Below, in pieces: positions 25,844 through 32,000 of a stretch of DNA of 32,000 bases (position 1 is its first letter; every line of letters starts with the position of its first letter). The notes under the pieces are model-generated. The model had not been told where the DNA came from and made no database searches. It saw only the letters and a program-made list of their open reading frames with translations. The translations under genes were made by a program, and so were the position numbers. Source of the DNA: an uncultured Chloroflexia bacterium (lineage in GTDB: Bacteria > Chloroflexota > Ktedonobacteria > Ktedonobacterales > JADMIN01); the NCBI GenBank assembly GCA_963712005.1, contig CAVQGK010000024.1, forward strand, positions 1,445,711 to 1,477,710. The letters run 5' to 3'.

Positions 25844-26974
25844 TTGAGTTCTGCCTCACCGGATCCACTTACCATTTGCCTGCCGCGCTGGAACGCTGAT
25901 TACACAAAACAAGCTGGCGTAACTACTATTTCGCTCGAGTTTGCGCAGGCTTGGAGGGAGTCTGGCCATAGGATCATCTGGATTGGCCCGATGCCATTGG
26001 AGAACGAAAAGTACGACTTCACATTCTACAATGTGGCAGGAGACGCCGAAAGTCTGTATCAGGGAATACTTCAGGCAATGCACGATACCGCGATTGATGT
26101 CATGGTGACGTTTGAGCCCTTTAATGAAGGTCAGGCAGCGTCTCGCGCAACGGGTGCAACGGGCCTGCCTCTGGTGCACGTTGGCATGCATTTCGCTCAC
26201 ACCAACGCGGACAAGAAGGCTGAGCAAGACATCTATGCGGCAGCTGACGGACTGGTATTTCAATGCCACTGGTTTCCCGAACATTACCTCACTGATAGAT
26301 ACGGAAGCGCATTTATTGAGGGCAAACCGATGGTTGTGGCGCCTTTTGGCGCTGATACCCAATTTTTCACACCGAAAGTCGACGCCAGCGGTGGTCGAAA
26401 AACAAAGCAGATCCTCTTTGCTGGCAGGCTGAACAGGGAAAACTGTCGGGCCCCCGAATATGACAAGGGAGCGGCCTATCTTATCAGATCAATGCCTGAG
26501 GTCTTAGCTCGCATGCCCGATGCGCGCGCACAAGTCATTGGCGATGGTCCCCAGTTGGAAATGTTAAAGGCCGAGGCTCAGAAGTTAGGGTTAGCGGCAT
26601 CTGTAGAATTTTCCGGGCAGGTCGCGAGTCGTCAGGGACTGCTTGAGGCCATGAACAACAGCTCCCTCTTTGTCCTTCCGTCAGTCTGCGATGTCTTTCC
26701 AGTAGCGATCCTCGAAGCCATGGCAGCGGGCTTACCTGTTGTGTCGACCACAGTCGGTGGGATCGATGAATGCATTGATGTCTCATGTGGCGCTCTGGTG
26801 AAGCCTAAGGATCCATCGGCCCTTGCCGAAGCAATTTGCGATCTCCTGGGCAACGACGCCCGAAGAGAACAACTGGGCCGTGAAGCGCGTCAAAGGGCCA
26901 TTCAACGTCATGATTGGCATGTAGCGGCGCGCGAGATCGCTTCGCTTCTCGCAAAGCTTCGTAAAGACGCATAG
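25844..26974 (+). CDS. GT4-family (GT-B fold) glycosyltransferase
   Basis: The C-terminal Glycos_transf_1 pattern is present: ILFAGRL...KG...LGL...VEFSGQV...SSLFVLPSVCDVFPVAILEAMAAGLPVVSTTVGG. It has a TTG start with GGAGA upstream. Sampled GC is about 48%. Confidence 0.8.
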   Translation: MSSASPDPLTICLPRWNADYTKQAGVTTISLEFAQAWRESGHRIIWIGPMPLENEKYDFTFYNVAGDAESLYQGILQAMHDTAIDVMVTFEPFNEGQAASRATGATGLPLVHVGMHFAHTNADKKAEQDIYAAADGLVFQCHWFPEHYLTDRYGSAFIEGKPMVVAPFGADTQFFTPKVDASGGRKTKQILFAGRLNRENCRAPEYDKGAAYLIRSMPEVLARMPDARAQVIGDGPQLEMLKAEAQKLGLAASVEFSGQVASRQGLLEAMNNSSLFVLPSVCDVFPVAILEAMAAGLPVVSTTVGGIDECIDVSCGALVKPKDPSALAEAICDLLGNDARREQLGREARQRAIQRHDWHVAAREIASLLAKLRKDA

Positions 26975-27234
26975 GTATTGCATATATGTGCAGTCTCATG
27001 GATAATACTTTCGCTTGCTAGATTATGCTGTGGTGCTGGCAGGCTTGGTTGCTCTCCTACACGTGTTACCGCCGACGATCCGGTATCTCTCGTATGTGAG
27101 TTGGATCTGCTTGAGATCCACTTCCCTTTTCGACATTGCTGACTGGTCGGGCATTTAGAGACAATGTCTCTACTCAGGCCATGTGTACCTCGCAAGCCAT
27201 GGGAAGAATACTGCCAGAAAGGTGAGCCAGACGT

Positions 27235-28158
27235 ATGAAGAGAATCGTCCTTGCTACCAAGTGGATTGTCACAAATATTGACTGGCTGCTGGCAATTGGT
27301 TTGTCTATCGTCACATTTGTGCTTGGTATGCTTCAACAGATCAGCTCTAATCTCATCTTTTCCGTTACCCTACTGATACTGGGGTTGCTATCCTTCAGTG
27401 CGCTTCGTGACAGGGACACCTCGCAGGATCTCAAAAGGGAGGTGGCCGAACTCAAGGTGAAGAGCTCCGACCTGTTTCAAGATCAGCAATTGCTTCTTGA
27501 CCAAATGAGCACTGGAATCAGCCGCGTCTATAGCGCGGCTGTTGGGGTGGACTGGCTACCACACATAGGTACATCCCGCCTCCATGTCACGATCATTAGC
27601 ATGCGGCTGGGCTTCACCGATAATCCGAACTTCTATACACAGTTTGAACGGATCCTCGCAGAGGGCGGATCGGTCACACTTGTGCTTTCCGACCCACGGG
27701 CGGTGGCAATGTGGCTACGATATAAGGAGGAACCTGACCCAGCCAAGAATCCCGACGCGTGGACTGATGGTCTGGTGAATTTAGCAAGCAACGCACGGCT
27801 TCTTCACGCCTGGCAAAGCCGCCTCAAAAGTCAGAAGTTTGATACCTCTAGATTACGCATTCGGGTATTTCAACATTACCCGAGCCAGGCGTTCTGTCAA
27901 TTCGATGACTCAATCTACGTCTACAATTTCCCCTATGGGCAGCGCGGCATACATGGCCCCATGTTCGTGTTTGACAGACCAGGTACAGGGCCTTACACAT
28001 TCTTGCTGCGATGCATAGATTCCATCGTAGAATCTTCAGTCGACCTGGAAGATGTCTTTGATGATATCATGACGTGGCGCGCACAAGGAGGGTTCGACGA
28101 TTTCAAGGTCAGTCGAACAGAGATTGTTCTCCGGGAGCAACCCCCGAGTCCCGTGTGA
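27235..28158 (+). CDS. Hypothetical 2-TM, coiled-coil protein with a C-terminal DUF5919-like domain
   Basis: Two N-terminal TM helices and a charged helix (DLKREVAELKVKSSDLFQDQQLLLDQM) are present. The C-terminal region (...VTLVLSDPRAVAMWLRYKEE...LRIRVFQHYPSQAFCQFDDSIYVYNFPYGQRGIHGPMFVF) recalls the DUF5919 domain of actinobacterial XRE proteins. That assignment is from memory only. Sampled GC is about 45%. Confidence 0.5.
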   Translation: MKRIVLATKWIVTNIDWLLAIGLSIVTFVLGMLQQISSNLIFSVTLLILGLLSFSALRDRDTSQDLKREVAELKVKSSDLFQDQQLLLDQMSTGISRVYSAAVGVDWLPHIGTSRLHVTIISMRLGFTDNPNFYTQFERILAEGGSVTLVLSDPRAVAMWLRYKEEPDPAKNPDAWTDGLVNLASNARLLHAWQSRLKSQKFDTSRLRIRVFQHYPSQAFCQFDDSIYVYNFPYGQRGIHGPMFVFDRPGTGPYTFLLRCIDSIVESSVDLEDVFDDIMTWRAQGGFDDFKVSRTEIVLREQPPSPV

Positions 28159-28315
28159 GACTTGGGTGTATGTGTTCTTATCTCATCCTCCCACTACAAG
28201 TCGTGACGCAGGTCTCTGGCACATAGTGAATGGTCTCGGTTAGCTTGAGCAGGTCACTGTCTGCGCAACGTGCCGCCCAGGGTGAGGCAGGTGCGATAGA
28301 GAAGGACAGAGCTGC

Positions 28316-29434
28316 ATGCGGCCAATCGAGCAGCGCGCCGCCGACACATACCGCACCCGGTTTGGCGAGCCTCCCGAGGTGGTGGCCAGCGCGCCGGGAC
28401 GGATCAACCTGCTTGGCGAGCATACTGACTACAACGGCGGCTTTGTGCTGCCATGCGCCATCGAGCGGCGTGTCGCGGTTGCCCTTGGACACGGTGACGG
28501 CGGCCTCTACAGCGTTGACTACGGCGATGCGCAGCCGTGCATCGGACCGCGCGCCGGGAGCTGGGCCGACTATCCGCATGGTGTCGTCTGGGCGCTGGAG
28601 CAGACTGGCGCGGATATCCCGGTGTTTCAGGCGACGATCACGGGTGATGTGCCAGCGGGCGCGGGGCTTTCCTCCTCGGCGGCCATCGAGGCGGCGACGG
28701 CTCTCGCGCTCGACGCCTTGCTCGGCCTGAACATCGCGCATACCGATCTGGCGCTGCTCTGCCAGCGCGCCGAAAATGAGTTCGTCAAAGTTGACTCCGG
28801 CATCATGGACCAGTATGCCTCGCTGCTCTGCCAGCAGGGGAGCGCGCTGCTGATCGACTGCCGCTCGCTGGCGTCGGAGCAGGTGCCGCTCGACCTGGAG
28901 GCGGCGGGCCTGAGCCTGCTCGTCTGTGACACGCGCGTCAAACGGCAACTGGCCGCTACCAGCGACTACAATGAGCGGCGGGCCACCTGCGCGCAAGCGG
29001 CGAGGGCGCTGGGGGTCGCCCAGTTGCGCGACGCCACGAACGACGATCTGGCGCGTCTCTCTGGCAAGGAGCTACGCTATGCCCGCCACGTCGTCGGCGA
29101 GAATGCGCGCGTGCTGGCGGGAGTCGATGCGCTCCGGCGGCGGGACTTCGCGGCGTTTGGCGCGCTGATGTGGGCGTCGCATGCGTCGCTCAGCGATGAC
29201 TTCGCCGTCTCAACGCCCGCACTGGATGTCTTTGTCACGGTTGCGCGTCAGGCGGGCGCGTTGGGGGCGCGGCTCACTGGCGCGGGCTTCGGCGGCTGCG
29301 CCATCGCGCTTATCGAGGGTGGCAAGATACGAGCGCTGACCGAAAGTGTGACCTCGGCGTTCGCTCAGCAAGGGTATTCTGCGCCTGAGTGGTATACGTT
29401 TTCCCCAGCGTCGGGAGCGGAGGTCGTGCGATGA
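28316..29434 (+). CDS. galK: Galactokinase
   Basis: The galactokinase signature GRINLLGEHTDYNGGFVLP and the GHMP motif PAGAGLSSSAA are both present. Confidence 0.93.
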   Translation: MRPIEQRAADTYRTRFGEPPEVVASAPGRINLLGEHTDYNGGFVLPCAIERRVAVALGHGDGGLYSVDYGDAQPCIGPRAGSWADYPHGVVWALEQTGADIPVFQATITGDVPAGAGLSSSAAIEAATALALDALLGLNIAHTDLALLCQRAENEFVKVDSGIMDQYASLLCQQGSALLIDCRSLASEQVPLDLEAAGLSLLVCDTRVKRQLAATSDYNERRATCAQAARALGVAQLRDATNDDLARLSGKELRYARHVVGENARVLAGVDALRRRDFAAFGALMWASHASLSDDFAVSTPALDVFVTVARQAGALGARLTGAGFGGCAIALIEGGKIRALTESVTSAFAQQGYSAPEWYTFSPASGAEVVR

Positions 29435-30393
29435 GCGACTCCGGCGACATGCCCGATCCAGATACGTCAGACACGCCAGACGAGCCAGAAACGCGACTGG
29501 TGTGGAATCCGCTGCTGCGTGAATATCTCGCGCAATCGCCTGGGCGCATGTATCGTCGCGAGGCAACCAGCGACTGCCCCTTCTGCGAAGACCTGACCAG
29601 CGGTCGTGTGCCGCCCGGCATGCAGGCCTGGATTCGCCCCAACGACTTCCCCGCGCTACGCCCACCTGTGGGCGAGTGCTTCGTGCTCATCTATAGCGCC
29701 GACCACGACCGTACCTTCGCCGGTCTGCGCCCGGAGGAGGTTGTTCCGGTGATTCGCCTCTGGCAGGACCTCTATGCTGAGCTTTCGCCGCGTTACGCCT
29801 GTGTCATGACCTGGGAGACGAGCGGCGCGGTGATTGGGCAGACGCAGCGCCATCCACACGGCCAGACCTACGCCATCTCGGCGATTCCGCCGCTGCTGGC
29901 GCGCGAGATGGAGAGTGTCGAGCAGTCCTATGCCGCTGGCGATGGCTGCCCATTCTGTCGCATTCTGGCGGAGGAAGACGATGGCGCGCGGGCTGTCGTT
30001 TCGGGCGAGCACTGGCTGGCGTTCGTGCCGCCCTATGCACGCTATCCCTTCGAGCTACATGTCTACGCGCGCCGCCATGTCAGCGCGATAGGCGACCTGG
30101 CGCGCGACGGCGCTGAGGTGTGGGAACTCGCGGCGCTGCTGCCACGTCTCATTCGCGTATACAATCAGGTCTTCGCCGGGCCGATGCCCTACATGCTGGC
30201 GGTCCACCAACTGGCGGACGAGCGTTTCCACCTGCATATCGAGCTGCTGCCAGTGGGGGCCGTGCCGGAGAAACTCAAGCTGGCGGCGAGCAGTGAGATG
30301 GCCTGGGGCTTCTGGCTCAACGATGCCCTGCCCGATGCCGCAGCGGCCGAACTGCGCGCGCGCTATACGGCATTGTTGGATGCCGACGAATAA
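29431..30393 (+). CDS. galT: Galactose-1-phosphate uridylyltransferase (HIT-family class I)
   Basis: CPFCE zinc motif and the active site HPHGQ are present. The ATGA overlap with the galK stop lies at 29431-29434. Confidence 0.9.
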   Translation: MSDSGDMPDPDTSDTPDEPETRLVWNPLLREYLAQSPGRMYRREATSDCPFCEDLTSGRVPPGMQAWIRPNDFPALRPPVGECFVLIYSADHDRTFAGLRPEEVVPVIRLWQDLYAELSPRYACVMTWETSGAVIGQTQRHPHGQTYAISAIPPLLAREMESVEQSYAAGDGCPFCRILAEEDDGARAVVSGEHWLAFVPPYARYPFELHVYARRHVSAIGDLARDGAEVWELAALLPRLIRVYNQVFAGPMPYMLAVHQLADERFHLHIELLPVGAVPEKLKLAASSEMAWGFWLNDALPDAAAAELRARYTALLDADE

Positions 30394-30524
30394 TGCATGC
30401 AGGTACGGATTCTGTGATTTCCCACATCTTCATGGGATATGCTGCGCGGGATGGATGAATCTGGGGCTATTCCGTGGCATGCTTGGCGCAATGCCTCAAC
30501 GCACAGTGAAAGTAGATCTTGCGG

Positions 30525-31505
30525 ATGAAGGTGCTGGTGACGGGCGGCGCTGGCTATGTTGGCAGTGTCATCACAGAAGCATTGTTGAGCGCTGGCCACG
30601 AGCCGGTTATCTATGACTTGCTGCTCAATGGGCACGCCGCGGCGATCCCCTCCAGTATCCCCGTTGTGCGGGGCGATGTGCGCGATACGGCACTGGTCGC
30701 GCGCACGCTACGGGACGAGCGGATCGAGGCGGTCATCCACATGGCCGGGTTGATCGAGGCGGGCCTCTCGGTGAAGTATCCCGAGCAGTTCTTCGCGACG
30801 AACGTCGGCGGCGCTGCCAGCGTCTGCGAGGCGATGTGCGCGGCGGGCGTGCGGCGGCTGGTCTTCAGCTCGACTGGCGCCATCTACGGTAACACCAATG
30901 AGGCGCCTTTCGACGAAGAGACGCCTGCCCACCCGGAAAATCCCTACGCGGAATCGAAGCTGATGGCTGAACGGATGCTAGCCACCATTGCGCCCGCGCG
31001 CGATCTGGTCTGCACCACGCTGCGTTACTTCAATGCCGCGGGCGCGACCGAACGCAACGGCGAGGCGCACAACCCGGAGACGCATCTCATCCCGCTGGTG
31101 CTGCAAGCGGCTGAGCAGCACGCGCCTTTCAGCATCTTTGGCACGGACTATCTCACGCCCGATGGCACGACGATTCGCGACTACATCCATGTCGCCGATC
31201 TCGCCCAGGCTCACCTGCTCTCGCTGAGCCGCGAGCAATCGGGGCTGCGTATCTTCAACGTCGGCACTGGCACGGGCTACTCGGTGCGCCAGATCGTTGA
31301 CGCGGCGCGAGCCGTGTCTGGCATCGAATTCCCCGTTCGCGAAGAACCGCGCCGTCCGGGGGACCAGATCGTGAGCGTGGCCCGTGCCGAGCGCATCAGG
31401 GCCGAGCTGGGCTGGCGACCGCGCCACACCGACATCCACACAATCCTCGCCAGCGCCTGGTCGTGGCGGCAGCGCCATCCTCATGGTTACGGTGAGCAGC
31501 CGTAG
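30525..31505 (+). CDS. galE: UDP-glucose 4-epimerase
   Basis: MKVLVTGGAGYVGS Rossmann motif, a YAESK catalytic motif, and DYIHVADLAQAH. Confidence 0.93.
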   Translation: MKVLVTGGAGYVGSVITEALLSAGHEPVIYDLLLNGHAAAIPSSIPVVRGDVRDTALVARTLRDERIEAVIHMAGLIEAGLSVKYPEQFFATNVGGAASVCEAMCAAGVRRLVFSSTGAIYGNTNEAPFDEETPAHPENPYAESKLMAERMLATIAPARDLVCTTLRYFNAAGATERNGEAHNPETHLIPLVLQAAEQHAPFSIFGTDYLTPDGTTIRDYIHVADLAQAHLLSLSREQSGLRIFNVGTGTGYSVRQIVDAARAVSGIEFPVREEPRRPGDQIVSVARAERIRAELGWRPRHTDIHTILASAWSWRQRHPHGYGEQP

Positions 31506-31511
31506 CGACCG

Positions 31512-32000
31512 CTACCCGAGAAGCGCAGTGATGGTTATCGTCTCGATCACATCATCGGCAGCGATCTGATGGAGGACATCTATGCCCTCAATGACCTTGC
31601 CGAAGGTGATGTAGGCCTTAGAGAGGAGCTGCGATTCGTCGGCGGTGGTGATGAAGAATTGCGCGCTGGCGCTGTCCGCGATTCCGTCAGTGGCCATCGA
31701 GATGGTTCCCGCACTGTAGTCCGCTGGAAGCGGGTCGTCATCCTGAATCGTGTAGCCAGGGACATCGATCCCGTCAGAGCCATCCCGCGCGCCCGAGCCA
31801 CCCTGAACCAGAGAGAGTTGCGACGGACCGCCATTAGGGTCGATCACGCTGGGCTTGCCCGGCGTATCCACGCGCCAGAAGTATGTGCCGTCGTACCAAT
31901 GCGACTGCGCCAGGAAGACGAAGTTATTGGCCGCAATCGGCGCGTTCTGGGCGTCAAGTTGGAGGACAATATCACCCTTTGCCGTCGTGATCGTGGCGAA
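31512..32000 (-). CDS. Cyclophilin-type peptidyl-prolyl isomerase (5' end beyond the window)
   Basis: The minus-strand frame is open from the window edge: ...NFVFLAQSHWYDGTYFWRV...GTISMATDG...SASAQFFITTA...AYITFGKVIEGIDVLHQI. The stop is at 31512-31514, 6 nt from the galE stop (convergent). Confidence 0.85.
   Translation of the reverse strand, partial: FATITTAKGDIVLQLDAQNAPIAANNFVFLAQSHWYDGTYFWRVDTPGKPSVIDPNGGPSQLSLVQGGSGARDGSDGIDVPGYTIQDDDPLPADYSAGTISMATDGIADSASAQFFITTADESQLLSKAYITFGKVIEGIDVLHQIAADDVIETITITALLG

Noticed and set aside
28178-28996. A 272-codon minus-strand ORF
   Set aside because: It is antisense to galK, which has clear signature motifs, so it is a shadow ORF.
1-32000. CRISPR arrays, rRNA genes, integrases/recombinases, reverse transcriptases, or known defence operons
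   Set aside because: No regularly spaced direct repeats were seen, and no such protein signatures appeared in any ORF-track translation.

Overview
High-GC bacterial chromosomal window (sampled lines about 62-67% GC). The gene content and EF-Tu sequence suggest a Chloroflexota/Ktedonobacteria-like organism, but that is only a guess. The core is the conserved translation cluster tRNA-Tyr, tRNA-Thr, tuf, rpmG, secE, nusG, rplK, rplA, rplJ, rplL (12.6-19.0 kb). To its left are the tail of a PotBC-like ABC importer, an IS5-family (IS427-group-like) insertion sequence, a PQQ-type sugar dehydrogenase broken by one in-frame amber codon, and a DUF2252 protein. These are followed by two tandem, translationally coupled multi-pass membrane paralogs plus a Nudix hydrolase, small membrane/TPR proteins and an orphan receiver protein. 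To its right are a SurA-N-like anchored protein and an MFS transporter. A small toxin-antitoxin patch follows: frameshifted hicA with intact hicB, then a HigB/RelE-like toxin with an XRE antitoxin. Then come a methyltransferase, an ABM monooxygenase and an M24 peptidase, then a roughly 2.4 kb low-GC insert (GT4 glycosyltransferase plus a 2-TM hypothetical protein), galK-galT-galE, and a partial cyclophilin. No CRISPR array, rRNA, prophage or recognisable defence operon was seen. The most noteworthy observations are these. (a) The hicAB cassette is bracketed by a diverged duplicate of the MFS gene's 3' end. (b) The low-GC GT4 plus membrane-anchored DUF5919-like pair looks acquired. (c) The tandem membrane paralogs are mosaic, with a near-identical 3' module. 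(d) A 35-nt motif is shared by two intergenic regions and reads as the C-terminus of small SH3b-like ORFs. (e) The rplJ leader has a strong terminator, and the rplK-rplA spacer is unusually long. Three genes in 32 kb (transposase, PQQ dehydrogenase, hicA) carry frame or stop disruptions, so either real gene decay or assembly errors should be checked. All homology statements come from reading the translations by eye; no searches were run.
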